NCBI RefSeq assembly: GCF_037042905.1
Contig: NC_087246.1
Span: forward strand, 5,334,001 to 5,398,000
DNA from: Lytechinus pictus
Taxonomy: Eukaryota
Length of the DNA: 64,000 nucleotides
Direction of reading: 5' to 3'
A model generated the notes under the pieces. That model did no database searches and had not been told where the DNA came from. It saw only the letters and a list, made by a program, of their open reading frames with translations. Of this stretch, positions 34,625-48,931 are shown one piece after another (position 1 is the stretch's first letter; every line of letters begins with the position of its first letter). Both the position numbers and the translations under genes were made by a program.

Positions 34625-35508
34625 AGGGGTACTCCACAGTGTTTAAAAAAACCTGATTTTACAGAAAAAAAGAGAAGATTTTGCAGAAAGCAATAACAGA
34701 ATCATTCTGTAAATTCATAAAACATGAATTTTTCTGCAATTTAACAGAACAGGTCTGTTTCAAAAAAGGGGAAAAGGGTGTTTTATTTAAGGAAATTTGT
34801 AAGGTTCCATACACCAAATACCAATTTCCTGTAATTTTACATGATAATGTAAGATTACGCAATCTGGTAAGATTACAGGTGTTCTCGAGACTCTGCTGCA
34901 GGAACTTCTTTTATTTTAAGGATAAATTTTCTAACAGTGCAGAATAAAAATAACATGATTTGAAGAAATAAAGAAAAAAAATAATTCTGACCCCCCCCCC
35001 CCGAAAATTTCATAAAAATCGGACAAGGAATAATAAAGTTATGACATTTTAAAACTTGGCAGTATTTTGGTGAAACAGTTCTGTACATGACTTCATGAAT
35101 ATTCTATGATCAAATTGATGATGTCACATCCCCAATTGTTCTTTTGTATTTTATTATATGAAATTATGTTTATTCGAATTTTGTCCTCCAAGAAAAACAA
35201 TAAAATGTATCTAAAACTGATTTCAATGCATTATATATTCTTTGCTGCAAATTATTTATTATAACATGTATAAGGAGACATATCAACCATACACATATGG
35301 GAATATGAACTAATTGTGATCTTATGTAATGATTTAAGAACCGGGAAAGTGGGGATGTGACATCGTTAGCCCACCTAATGAATATTCATGACGACGTTCA
35401 TATAACTGTTTTCACGAAATACTGCTAAACTTCGAAAGTCGAGAGCTTCCTTATTTTTTTTATACTTTATTTATTTAGATATAATTATTGTTAGCCCTGA
35501 GTACCCCT
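34625..35508. mobile_element. Kolobok-like element containing a nested CACTG-type MITE (34637-34939, CA TSD)
   Basis: TTAA|AGGGGTACTC...GAGTACCCCT|TTAG. Internal similarity to 10283-10870. The nested piece is CA|CAGTGTTTAAAAA...TTTTCTAACAGTG|CA with TTACAG/CTGTAA motifs. Confidence 0.7.
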
Positions 35509-38500
35509 TTAGTTTTTTAATTTACATGTATGCCTACCTTGCGTTGTGGAAAATACGAAATGGGAAAAGGCACAACAGTCCAGAACTTAACACGGAAAAC
35601 CATAACTCTTACTAAAATTCAAAATTGATGCCAGGCTGAATAAAATTCATGTCCAGGACTTGTGGCCTGGTTGAGTATATTAAAAATGTGTAGATTTCCA
35701 ATGTGATAGTATTGTTACCTCCTAGATTAGAAATATAAATGTTTGGTACACTGATAAAAGATGTAACCATTATACCAGTCATAAAGTATCAAAATCAAAC
35801 TGTAGTTAATCTATTTAGCATTGAGATGACAATCAATCTCGACCTTTCTGACCCTCAAGGATATTCCAGGGGGAAGACAAAGGTGCCAGCGTCTCGAAAA
35901 TATGGGTGGTTTTAGACCGTTTGCCATAGCAAAAGTTGTTACAGGGACACTTTCAAATGAACAGCGAGACGTTATTAGTGAAATAATTGTAATAATATTT
36001 ACATCAAATTAATGGAATTGGACACAATTTTCACACTATTATCAATCTGGTGTGAGATTATTAATAGTTATAAAGATATACCCAGATTTCTGCAATATTA
36101 CGTTCATGAAAACCACTGTTCCCAGTGTTGAAGCTGTGTGTGAGGACTTTCGGACACTCGAATGCACGCGACTAACCATTATGAGTTACGCAATCTGGTA
36201 GGTTACAGGTGTAGGCCTGTCCATAACAAGAATGCTTGTATCATTTGTGTCGATAAGTACAGGGTGTGTGTGTGTGTGTGTGTGTGGGTGAGGGTGTATA
36301 CGTATGTGTGAGAGGGAATGCGGATATGTCTGTGGATGTGGGCGTGTGTGCAAGGCATATAAGGGTGTGGTGTGGGGTGTGTGTGAGTATTTTAAAAAAA
36401 GAGCCCGCACACACCCACATGTCCTACTAACGCGCACACTTCCTGAAATATGCATACACACACATCTGACACACTTACGTGCACAAAATCATTCTGCTGA
36501 ACTTTCCAGCATTGATTTATAAACCATAACCATACCGGGCTATTTGGGGGTAATAGCTGAGTGCGGGGGGTGAATCAACCATCCCTCCCTCACCCATGAG
36601 CTCTCGGGCGTCGATCGCGCGAACGCCGCGAAAATTCAGTTGGCATGATAATAGTGTGGGATGTAATCTACAAGAATGTATGGTTAGTTTTTTTTCCGAA
36701 ATCATCAAATTTTATTATATTAATTAATTATTGCTAATTCATGGGTAAATCATACTTATTGCCCTAATTCACTTTACAAAGCTCCTAGAATGCTAATTTT
36801 GGTGTTAATATTCTTTATACCATTGCTAACAATTACAAATGAAAATAAGTCCTGATTTGAAAATGATTTTTTTTTTGTTTTATGAATTTCTTGTGTATTT
36901 CCTTATGTTTTGATCTATTGTTTTTCTTTGTTTCTTCGCCAAATTTATCGCAGAAGCTTTTTGAAACACAATTATGCTAAAATCAATTAATTTCAGCTGA
37001 TGAAAGAACAAAATAGTCATATTGTAGCGTGCAGTCTCCAGAATCCGGTCCACGCTTCTCTTCACTTTTATATCTCTTTTTTTTGGTAGATTTGCTCACA
37101 AAAGTCTATTGTGCAACATGATACACTCCCGAGATACACTCTCTCACTCCTCTTATATATACCAAATCACCCGCTAACTCACCCAAAATCATTGAAATGA
37201 AGCATCTTGGGAGATATTCGATAAACAGTTCAACTTGATTTATTCGATGCTTACATCTTGCAACCACACGCCAGCGCAGCTCCCAGCGAACTGATTTTTA
37301 TTATTATTATTTATTCGGCATTATCAAATACATAAACAACATATACAAACAATAGGAATAGGAGAGTCTCACAACATAAAAATATCGCCCTCTACGATCA
37401 AACTAATAACATATAACTTTAAGGTACAACTCATTATGCTACAATATCTTTATGAATGAGATTGGAAAACTCAATTCACATTGATTTTGTAGACAAAATC
37501 ACGTCTTTTAGCAATTTTGGGCCCGACATGCACTCACGTAATGTTGCGTAATTTTCCAACCGCGTACCTTTTATTTTGTCTCAAAAGATGCGCAAGACTT
37601 CAAAGTAAAAAGTCTGCGAGCGGCGCTGTCAAAAGATTTCGCGCAACGGAATGGTCGCGGAAAATGTCTAAGGGGGCGATTCAACCCCGTTTGTTTTAGG
37701 GTTAAGATGATTTATGTGAATCATTATTTGTATATTTTCGGGCTTCTCGTGCAACTTTATCCAACATGATTACACAAGGGCAATCAGTGTGATTACCTTG
37801 GTCAGCTGGGGCATACGAAAGAGGGGCAAGAGCCAGATTCTTAATAACAGGTGGGAACATTGAAATGGGGAAGATTGTATTCCTCCCCCCCCCCCCATCT
37901 CTCTTTTACTCACACATACCCACACGCACACACAAGAGCATATCAACTTCAACTTTGAACATGTTAAAAACATGCTTTTCATTTTGTCATAGTAAATTAT
38001 CCGACACTAATTAGAGCACATGCATGTGTAATTGTGATGAAACATTTGATCCCATAACCTGCGACTCTGATATTTAAAATGTTTAATGGTCATATCGTTT
38101 GCTTCCGTTTCTAAATGCATGAAAATGAGCTAGCAAATGCCTTTGCTAGTACGCTCAAGCATACAATATATTCTATTATATTCGATATTCCACGCGTTGG
38201 CCTAATAAAACAAGGTAAAAAGTTTCATGCTTATTCCAACGTAGTTTTTATTCATTTTCTTTTTACTGATCAAGGAAATTAATTCAAATGCAACGTGTTC
38301 TGAAATGATTTTTGACTATTTCTATTCAGTTCAAATTCATATTTTGTAATCGTTATTCAGTTAGAATATTATCCTTCACTTAATTGATTTTGTTCAGTTT
38401 GAGACCGTATACAGACCACTGAGAGATTAGTGTTAAGGGAACGGCTGAAACCCAATAGACACCTGTCACTAAACAAACCCTCACACTCACTTCAATCTTC

Positions 38501-39371
38501 AAGAGTATACCCGATCAAACAATCACATTATCGCTTTCCCCCTAATGTTTAGAGATCTCCTTTTACACCTCTCCTATATATACATTCATTTGGGGAGACA
38601 AATGTATACTTTATGTCGCCCAGCCTCCTTACTGGTTATTAATTTCTCATTTTTGATGTCCTAAAGAGAAATTAATAAAGGGGTAGTGATTGGAGCGACA
38701 AACAGAGAGTTTAGTGCGGTCTTTGGGCGTGTGTCGTGATGTTTGTACAGCCAACAAGAGACGGTCGCGCTACGTCAACTTTTTTACAAGGCATATACCG
38801 CTTCCTATTCGTCGATATGATTGCAGTCCGAAGAAGGCCGTAATCAGACGTTTGGTCAATGGAAAATAAGGCCTTAGAGGCTTTATAAACACCAAACCTT
38901 GTTATACAATAAGAATGAACAATTTTCCAACGAAACTATCTACATATTTATTTTGGGGAAAAAGTCCAATTTCATAATGTATTATCTATCCCAAGCTTAA
39001 CTCTTTTTTTGTCAAACAAAACGTCATTAAAAATCATGCAAATTCAATTATCTTTAACCATGGGAAATGCTTACATTCCCGGATTACTTTCATAATCAAT
39101 ATGAAACAGTAATCATACATAGGAGTGCCAATGAAAATAAATATTATGATATTCCTTTTTTCATGTGGATCCCGCCTTTTCCAAAGATTTAGACAAACGT
39201 TTTATCTATCCGTTTACAAAAGTAATGTAACAAAAATGTATGTACATTCATGCCATATTAGACCTGTTGAATAAAAAGTTTGAAAACGCAACTAAAAATA
39301 CCAAAAACATAATTCCAAAATGCGCACTTTTGATTGGAAGTGCATTTTTTAAACTTTTTAAAACTCTTTAA

Positions 39372-39469
39372 AGGATAAGTCCACCCCAACATAAAGTTGA
39401 TTTGAATAAAAAGAGAAAAATCCAACAAGCATAACACTGAAAATTTCATCAAAATCGGATGTAAAATAA
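39372..39469. mobile_element. Terminal fragment of the Kolobok-like family
   Basis: TTAA|AGGATAAGTCCACCCCAAC...AAATTTCATCAAAATCGGATGTAAAATAA matches the ends of 42532-43138. Confidence 0.7.
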
Positions 39470-39852
39470 TATGTAAATAGATAAATGTAGCCGCATTGCT
39501 ATCCATTGCTATCAATTTTGTTTAACATCACTTATTTTGGCATCTTATTCTAAACGTATGTTTCACATTTTTTTAAATTTTTGTTGATGTTAACGAACTT
39601 ACCAAACTTTGTATTTTATTCTGTAACATTTCGAATTAGTTTATTGTATACACAAGTTTGTAGTTTTGAGTATGCTCTCTTTGTATATATCCTTTGTGCG
39701 CTTTTGCTCACTGCTTGGATACCGCGCATTTTTATGATGCATTATTTTGACGCAATCTAATAAATTTGTCATAACTTGACAAAGCCCTATGGGCGAAAAT
39801 TCGTTAAAATATTACTGTCCACGGAGTTTTTATACTTTTCTTTGTTTGAACC

Positions 39853-39883
<31 letters not shown>

Positions 39884-41369
39884 TATTCACTTTGTATATT
39901 CACTTTGTATTTCAAAGGGCCCCAACGAAAACTGGAGTTTGTGCTGATTTTGGCCACCCTTTTTATATGTGAAATAAGTAACAAATAAAAATGAATGAAT
40001 ACGAATTAAAGAGACGGATCTTAATTCATATCACTTGACCCCCACACAATTTTCGTTCCTATTTAGACCATGTAGACCATATTGTTGAGGTCGGAAATAT
40101 TGTACTTTAATGAAGAGGGGCATTTTATGGATTCATTATACATGTTATAGGCCGATTGCGAACCAGTCGAGGTAAAGACAGGTCGCAATTTAGAAAAAGA
40201 TAATTTGGTTAGCCTACTTGATTTTGGGGGAATACCATTCGTTTGACCGTCTCCTTGAGTAATGTCATGTTTTTGGATTCAGCACCCAAATTTTTTTTTC
40301 ATTATTTTCTTCTGCATTATTTTTTCTACATAATCATTTGTATAATACATTTCCAATATGAAATACTGTTTTTGGCATGAATCATAGAAAAAAAACGAGA
40401 TAAAAAATATTCAATTCAATTCAAGGTTTATTAAAAACACGAGTCGCACGCAGCCTATGGCTGAATTGGTCATGTATACAGAGTACAAACGATTACAAGA
40501 CTCATTACATATTTCAAACATTGAAAAGCAGTAACTTTTGTAAAATAATTCGAAAACAAATATGATCTACTAGTACGTTATTTTTATAACAAACACAGTT
40601 TGATGGAGAAGGATTGACATCATAAGCTGATTGATTGAAAGAATAACTGACAACCCTATATTTAAAACTCAATAAATCAATCAGTTCATAATATGAATGA
40701 TGAAGGTGGAGATGATAAGAATGAGGATGATGGTGGCATTGGTGATGGTTAAGAAAAAAAGGAAGAATGACTTCATGATAAGCTAAAACATTGACACAGA
40801 AAATTTACTTCAAATATTCTGATAAAAACATGGATTTAACGTTTGCCTTAAATGAGTAAAGAGACGAGTATATTTTCGTTTTAGACTCTGGTAGAGAGTA
40901 TCATTAAACGTGACCATGGTTTCTTATATATCTCTGCGCAATAAGCAATACGGGGTAGATTAAATGAAAATTTGAAGAATTATGTGTAGGGTATGAATGA
41001 TTATCACTTGGGTCATAAAGACGAGTTTTGTATATTCCAAGAAATTCCAGTGATCAGTTTGGCACTGATTTATTTCGAAATGTGGAACCAGTAAGGGGCG
41101 TATTCCGAAGCTCACTGTGGCGAATTGATCACTGGTGAGCCGTGGCACATTTATCTGTTCAAGAGGAGACAGGAGGGAGGGGGGATGTGAGGGGTGAAGG
41201 GGAGCTAAGAAGGAGAGGAGAGCTAAGAGGGAGAGCTTTAAGAGAGGGAGAGGGGGGAGCCCCCGGAGAGGGAGGGGGTTGGTGGGTGATATGGGAGGTA
41301 ATTCAAGCGACATTACATGGGAGTGTAACGAATTGATGCAGAGGTTCGAGATTTGACTGACAAAGTTAA

Positions 41370-41885
41370 AGAACATGTACACCCCAACAGAAAGTTGATT
41401 TGAATAAAAAAAGAATATCTAACAAGTATAACACTGAAAATTCATCAAAATCGAATGTAATATAAGAGAGTTTTGACTGACTGGACCGATGACATCATGC
41501 TCTCACTGTTTCTCGTGTATTTCATTATATGAAATATTTTAATTTTTTCCTCATTTTCATGTGAAATAAAGCCGTCTTATTCCTCCCTGATTATGTGGAA
41601 TTACCATTGTTTTATCATTTTATGGTTCAGTCAAGTTAGTCATTATTGTCAAATCTGTATAAAAAAAAAAACCACTGTACATGCTGTATGATTCAAACAA
41701 TAATAAAAAAGTACATGTAGTGAGTGAGAGACTTCATCGACTCTCTCATTTGCATATCAATGAAGTGAAACTTTATCATAGCTTTTTTATTTTTACACCC
41801 GATTTTGATGAAATTTTCAGCTTTATGCTCGTTTTATTTTTCTTTATTGATTCAGATAAGCATTTTTCTGGGATGGACGTGACCT
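41370..41885. mobile_element. Kolobok-like non-autonomous element, degraded
   Basis: TTAA|AGAACATGTACACCCC...GGATGGACGTGACCT|TTAT. Same family as 42532-43138 in opposite orientation. Confidence 0.7.
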
Positions 41886-42150
41886 TTATTGGTAGGTCCC
41901 AGAGGTATATATCTGATCATAGATTATCTGGTTGATAGTAATACATGTCTGCGAAAAAAGTAAACCACATACACACCCACACGAAGGCCTATCATGCCTA
42001 TAGGGGTATGTTTTCTCAAATGCCAAAAGAGACTGGAATGTAAAAAAACTTTGGACTTGAAATAACTCAGATTCCTGATGATTTTGATGAAAGTAGAATA
42101 AAACGGGAATGATTGTGTGTGTGATGGAGAGAAAGAGAGACAGTCATAAT

Positions 42151-43231
42151 GCTCTTCACACTGCATTTCCTTAACCCCATACTATCCTTAACCCCGGACT
42201 ATCCTTCACCCCATACTATCTTTTTTTCACACTGTTTTTCTTAACCCCATACTATTTGCTTAGCGGGGGTTAACGCCTTACCCCCGGACTATGACACAGC
42301 TTATGAATATTGTTGATTTTACCATACAGAGCGCGATTAACATGCAATTTCGACTTCTGTAATTGGCTAATGCCTAGCCCCACTTTTCCTTAGCCCAGTT
42401 TCGTTTCACACTGCATCTCTTAGCACCGCAATTGTGGTGATAGCACCACAACAAGCCGGCTAACCCTGCTTTTTACCGTGCTTGCCCACTTTGCTAAAAC
42501 GTAGTGTGAAAACGAAGTGGGCTAAGCTTAAAAGTCAAGTCCACCCCAGAAAAATGTTGATTTGAATAAATAGAGAAAAACCAAACTTGCACAACACTAA
42601 AAATTTCATCAAAATCGGATGTAAAATAAGAAAGTAATGACATTTTAAAGTTTCAATTATTTTTCACAAAACAATGATGCACAACTGAGTGGCATGCAAA
42701 TGACATAGTCGATGATGTCCCTCACTCACTATTTCTTTTGTTTTCTTATTGTTTGAATAATATTATACAATATTTCATTTTTTACAGATTTGACAATAAG
42801 GACCAACTTGACTGAACCATATAGTATTAAACAATGCTAATTCCACATGTTCAGGGAGGAATTAATCCATGTTTCACTTGGCAATGAGGAGAAAATTTGA
42901 ATATTTCATATTTCATATAATAAAATACCAAAGAAATAGTGAGTGGATGACGTCATCAGTCTCCTCATTTGCATACCCACCTGGATGTGCATATAACTGT
43001 TTTGTGAAATTAAGCAAAAATTTAAAATGTCATAACTTTCTTATTTTACATCCGATTTTGATGAAAGTTTCAGTGTTATGCTTGTTGGATTTTTTTCTTT
43101 TTATTCAAATAAACTTTTTGTTGGAGTGGACTTGTCCTTTAACCCTGGGAAATTGGTGGGGCTAAGACCCCCCCCCCCCCCCCCTTAGCCCCACCAATTT
43201 CCCGGGGTTAAGGAAAAAGTGCAGTGTGAAA
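42151..43231. mobile_element. TTCACACTGCA-ended MITE (Harbinger-like, tentative) interrupted by a Kolobok-like element
   Basis: TTCACACTGCATTTCCTTAACCCC pairs with GGGGTTAAGGAAAAAGTGCAGTGTGAA. Internal TTAACCCC/TTAGCCCC repeats and a hairpin at 43141-43210. Confidence 0.65.
42532..43138. mobile_element. Kolobok-like non-autonomous element with long TIRs and TTAA TSD
   Basis: TTAA|AAGTCAAGTCCACCCC...GGAGTGGACTTGTCCT|TTAA, with about 120-bp inverted ends. Confidence 0.85.
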
Positions 43232-43284
43232 TAATAGAGGAGGAGAGTTAAACAGTTTCAAAATTGCACAATGATTTAAATGAT

Positions 43285-43518
43285 GGGTTCGAATCCCAGC
43301 CATGGCGTAATTTCCTTCAGCAAGAAACTGATCCACAGTGTGCTGCACTCAACCCAGGTGAAGTAAATGGGTACCGGTAGGAAGTAATTCCTTAAAAAGC
43401 TGTGTGCGGTATGAACGCCTAGCTTAGCCGGGTAATATAGGAGCGCCTTGAGCACCTAACAAGGTGGATATGTGCGCAATATAAATACCCTATATTATTA
43501 TTATAATTATTATTATTA
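43285..43518 (+). mobile_element. 5'-truncated tRNA-derived SINE with L2-like tail
   Basis: B-box GGTTCGAATCC, core CACTCAACCCAGGTGAAGTAAATGGGTACC, tail AGCGCCTTGAGCA...GTGCGCAATATAAAT and (ATT)n. Confidence 0.8.
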
Positions 43519-45383
43519 AATATTGTCCTTTGTCATTCCATCAAAATTGATATGGCGATATTGCAATCCCTAAAATCAATATGTTACAATTATCTTTAAC
43601 GTTGATCAACCTATTCCTCACTTGAAATTCAAACGTGGATAAGAAGTCATCCCCAATCCCTCTTCCTCTTCATAATTCAGTGGAGTATAGAAATATGCCT
43701 TTTCTTTCCTCATGTATACACGAAGGTCTCATCACCCAAATGCTGTCATCCTACTTTCACTTAGCCATTGTTGAGGCGCTAAGCTTGACTGACAAATCAT
43801 CCTTTCCATAAATGAGGGTTGTTATCGAACGCGATGGGCAATCGAAATCGCTCATTTGTCGGATCATGCGAGTCTCAATACCTCTGTTGTGAAGCCGGCG
43901 ACAATAGATCCCTACCACATTCAATGGATGGAGCAACCGGGCTTGCTCCATGGGCCTCGGGACCTCTTCACGCGATTAGTCTAAACCTATTAATCCGAAA
44001 CCAAACTATTTCCTTACTGCTTTTAAGATGCTATAACCTTTTCTTAAGTGATGTATAAAGCCCATGTCTCGTCAAATGACAAACAGGTCCATCATAGGGT
44101 AAAATTGAATAGCAGAAGCCTCAATGGAGTTCGATTTATGAATAGCAGTGACGTTTAGACCGGTAATTAGACCAAGGAGGTGGGATGGAATAGGGGTAGA
44201 CCAATGCTCTAACTGAATGAACATTGGCATATATCATTCGATCCATCATTTCTTTCCTATAATACCAAACGGATAACACTGGTTTCAGCTACAATCTTTC
44301 ATGTAACAAAAAGACAACTACTCCTAAAAATTCAATTTCTCAAGAAATAGGCCTATGTAATCTTACAAAAATTAGAATGAATACTCACTAACTCAGAGGA
44401 GATTTCATTTATTTCATATTTTTAATACACCCCAGTTTGAAATGTTGAATAAAACATTTACCATTTTATAGCTAAGTCATTAGTAATTCAAGAAGTTTGC
44501 AAATTTTGGTAGTGTAATACGGTAGTATAGCAATATTCTACAATGTCCTATCCCTCTAATAATACAAACATAGCGAATATCAATGCTAAATGCTTCCCTG
44601 TGGGCTTTATCATGCTTATGAAGAAGACAGAAATGCTAAGAAAAAATGCTGGCAATCGTAGCCCTAACTCACTCAAAGTACTTTTTAAGTAAGTATGATT
44701 CTGAGGTGGATTTAAACTTTAGTGTAGAAAAGGGGTATTTCAATACACATGATAGACTGGTATTCCAAGGTGAAGAGTCAGAATGGGTCATCCTATTGGT
44801 GAATCGTTATATATAAAGGATACTATGATAAATATAATGACTCGAGAAGTTCATTAAATATTAAGATTTAAAAAAAAGCAGAAAAGGAGACAGATGAAAA
44901 ATTGTATAAAATCGGAAAATTCTAAGTGATTTGTTTTAAGTTGAAAGGTTGCAATCAAGATGACTGCAAATGTAATTTCATTTTTGATGATCCATTTGTC
45001 CCAATAAACACAATAAATGGAACTATTTAAACAATATCAAAACGATTATATTCAATTCTAATTTATAGGCCTTTATTTTATAACCACCCTAATTGGTAGA
45101 AAGGAAAACAAACCTAGTAATTCAATGCACTAAGAATAAAAGAGTTACTTTTACTATATAACAAAACTACTTTAACGACTTAACTGCTTAACAAAATTGA
45201 ATATTTTGGATTGCCAGGCTCTTATGTGCTGATTTTCAAACAGACATAACTTCCATGTTCTCGTCCAATTTCTATCAAATTTTCACCATTTTGTAGTTTT
45301 ATCTTTTCTCTTTTCTAAAAAAAAATCATTTTTTAAGCAAGTTAGATAGTCTTTCAAGTGAATTTATCTCTCTGTTCCGATAT

Positions 45384-45600
45384 GTGCGTTGGCTCAGTTG
45401 GTATTTGGAAGTTGTAGTTGTCCTTGCTATCGGGAGGTCGGGAGTTCAAGCCCCAGTCGCATCAGACCTTCGCTGCTACTCTGTTTGGCGTTCAGCGATT
45501 TAAGGGATACAACGTCGATCTGAAGTGGTGCAGTGGCTGCAGGGACCAATGTCAATTCGGCAAAATGGAGTTTCAGAAAATTTCTATCCCAGCTATCTCT
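45384..45600 (+). mobile_element. Degenerate tRNA-derived SINE
   Basis: A-box TGGCTCAGTTGG and B-box GAGTTCAAGCCC with no intact cloverleaf. The 3' boundary is approximate. Confidence 0.55.
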
Positions 45601-47847
45601 TCAAATATGGATTTAAAAGATTTTAATTTTTCATTGTTTTTCATACAGGAAATATAAATGAAATCATAATAGATTTTCAAGTAGATTGGATTTTGATGGC
45701 TCCTTTTTGTCTATTATTTTCCACGAAATACAGGAGTTCTGGTACTACAGGCTTGATCCATCAATATGCATGTGCAGAGTACCATCAATAAACGACACCC
45801 AATCTCCCCATTAAAGTGTTAAATTATACCGTAAAACTTGCACGTCGTTTTGTTTAAATACTCTGCCTCAAAAGATACTTTACTTTTATATACTGTACAT
45901 TTCCTGTGCGTGCGTGCATGGGACAAAATTTATCAGCTTAGATCGTCATCAGGATGTATCAATATAGGAAATGAAAGTAAGTTGTACATAATGAAGATCT
46001 TAGCAAATAATATCGTTATTTTATAAAAACACAATCTGCCAAAAATAGATATTCATCGAATTTATTGTTACCAGAAAATGGGTAGAACACGATAATCATT
46101 CGTCAAAGGTAACCTTTTTTATGTATAAAAACACAAGAAGCAAGAGAGATAGCTAATCTTGAAAAGCTAGCTTTTTAACTCTTTTATTAAATGTAACAGA
46201 TCTACTTGAATCCCTTTTATACATGATTTCATGAAATATATACATTAATTAAGAGATTTTTTCCATGATTGTAATTTGAAGAGGACCTTAAAAATTTGTA
46301 TTGATTTCTAAAAGTCATATTTTATTTTGGCACCGATTATAGGGAATGTACGAAAACAAAATTCACGGTCTTCATGAGGCAATATTGATGCTTATGGGAA
46401 TTGATGGGTTAAAATATGAGACATCAAATTAATAACCCTAGAAATTACAGGATTGTTCCTACAAAAGAATTTCAATTCGATAAATAATTAGATTAATTAA
46501 TAAATTTTGTGGAAAAACAATATTTCCTTAAAAAAATATGTAAAGATATGTTTAAGTCGAGTCTTGTTACAAAAAGATACTTCTAATGCGTCGTTTAACC
46601 CTGAACTTCCATTCTATCTTTCTCTCATTTTGCGTTTTTGTTGTTTTCCTTCTTTTAGAATGTTACTTAATTTGGTAGAAAGAACACAAAGATTTCAGAA
46701 AATTCCAATAGACAGCGGGAAGCTGCGGGTGAGACAATTCCTCCTCTTCTTCTTCACTTTAGCGGTGAAAAGAGACTCTTGTTGAGGGGTGCGTTGTTGC
46801 CCCCTCCGAGTGATGCCGTCTCGTGGTAGACACCGTGTCTGGCCCACTCTCGGTCAAGGATAGACTCATCTTTAGACGAACTTGGAGTCCCACCGTGTAT
46901 TGTCCCTTTATTTAGGATGTTCACATTACCATCACTACACCGATGCGGTGTTATTTTCGTGAACAGTACCGGTAGTCTCCAACCAGTATTCGGAAGAAAA
47001 TGCGGGAAAGGAGATACCAGAAGAAACTAACGGTCCAATGGAAACGTACATGAGCCCTGTAGAAATACCTCGTGATTTTATGTAGGGCACACATGCTTGT
47101 ACACAATGCAATTGTTGCCAACGATCCGGCGGGCTAGGTTTGCAAACCTTCGGCGTGAGTTGTTGATGATAATAGGAATATCAACAAAAAACGCCCATAA
47201 ATTTCAGCGTCCTTAATTCACAGCGTGTGGTAAAATAAGTGATCACGTTCATATCAAGAAAAAGGACTTATTTATTTATTAAGCTTGAGGAGATAATATG
47301 ACGTAGTAAGAAGGCGAAATAATTAATTCAATCATGTTAAGCGGTCCTGATGCTACGATTTGAAATGCTTAAATTAATCCTATTAATTAGTAGATCCTGA
47401 TGTTGATCATGTTGTGCAGGTCTTTGTACCTAGTTTGTGCTGAGTTATGTTACCTATATTGCTTGAGTCATATCATAATGTGAGCAAAACATTAGTCTTA
47501 TGAATTGAAGATTAATTTCATATTCAATTCATCTCAATGAGTGTCAATAGAGATTTAACATTATTTTGTCTTTAATAACTGAAACATAATGGTAATTATG
47601 GTATCCCGTTGAGGTAAATATTTCACAAATGTTCGTCAAAAAGAAAAAGAGAAAAGGGAACTAACACTTCGAAAAAAAAACTTGAAGAAAGTAAAGATTA
47701 TTTTTCAAAACTTGTAAAATAGCTGTAGTTATATACCTAGTGGTATTTCAAATTGGTATTCATGTATGGTATCATGTACGATAAGAATGAATTCTCCATT
47801 TGCTTGGATACACAAATCTGCTCAAACGTGGCAAATAGAGAGGTGTC

Positions 47848-48189
47848 CAGTGGCGTACCCAGGATTTTCCAAAGGGGGGGGGGGGCAAATTCGTCCGCCA
47901 AAAATATTTGACAAGCCAAAAAAAAAAGGTCTTCAACCACAAATAAAGGATTTCGTACCAGAAAAAAAATTGGCAAGCAAAAAAAAAAAGGTCTTCAAGT
48001 TCTAAAGAGGGGGCCACTTGTGGATCGTCAGTGATCAGTTTTGACTCGTCAGGGGGGGGGGGGGCAGGGGTACGTCCCTTGCATGTGTTGTGACTCGTCA
48101 GGGGGGCAGGGGTACGTCCCTTGCATGTGTTATGACTCGTCAGAGGGGGCAGTCTCCCCCTGCCCCCCCCCCCCTTAGGTGCGCTAGTG
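47848..48189. mobile_element. hAT-like MITE with 8-bp TSD (family of 5629-5979, opposite orientation)
   Basis: GAGGTGTC|CAGTGGCGTACC...GGTGCGCTAGTG|GAGGTGTC. Confidence 0.88.
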
Positions 48190-48931
48190 GAGGTGTCATT
48201 ACCACTTTCATAACATGCTCATCAACTTTTGTTTTAAAACAGCTGTAAATTTCGTATACGTGATCCGATTTCTCTCAAACATTTGCTATTCATTATCATG
48301 TCTCCCTTTCTCCATTCACACAAAACATGCTATTACAAATGTAGGATTTAGCGTTAATATATGTCTTATAGTCGAGCATGCATGCCTGACGCTTGCAAAA
48401 TATAAATATTTCAAGACCTGAATAAACGGGAATGTTACTACAGATCATGTCTTTTTACTTGCTGTTCAACTGTATTTTACGTTGTGTGATTATGAGTAGG
48501 GCATTGTATAAGGACGCGTTATGAGGGTGTGTGTATGTAGGAGCTTAACCGCGCCGTATCCATAGTACATACTACATTACACTGAAAGAAAAAGAGGGTG
48601 GGTGGGAGGGGAGGTACATTTTTATTTTACCCTCATGCAGAATGCCACACGGCGCGCGCGTGTGTGTGTGTGTATTTGTGTTTTGTCAGACGTGTATCAA
48701 TCAGATATGATTCTTTACGTCTGGGACCGACCTTTAACGTCACCATCCGAAAGACGTGACCAGGGCTCGAACCTCGAACCTCGAACATCTGCATCAATTT
48801 GTAACTTCCCCGCATAGATTGGATTACAGGCGCACGCCACAACGCGCGTTAAGTCGGGCGATAGTCTTAACTTCAGACCATGTTCTGACCCGACTGAAAT
48901 GAATGCCGTGCTCGCATAACAAAATTGTTTT

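Noticed and set aside
42034..42055. miR-1-like TGGAATGTAAA
   Set aside because: Only the first 11 nt match and no precursor hairpin is evident.
45384..45460. tRNA gene
   Set aside because: A and B boxes are present but no cloverleaf forms; treated as a SINE head.
46690..47060. Possible minus-strand coding exon after the acceptor-like TATTTCTACAG
   Set aside because: All three frames hit stops soon after the acceptor and I recognise no domain. It could still be non-coding exon sequence.
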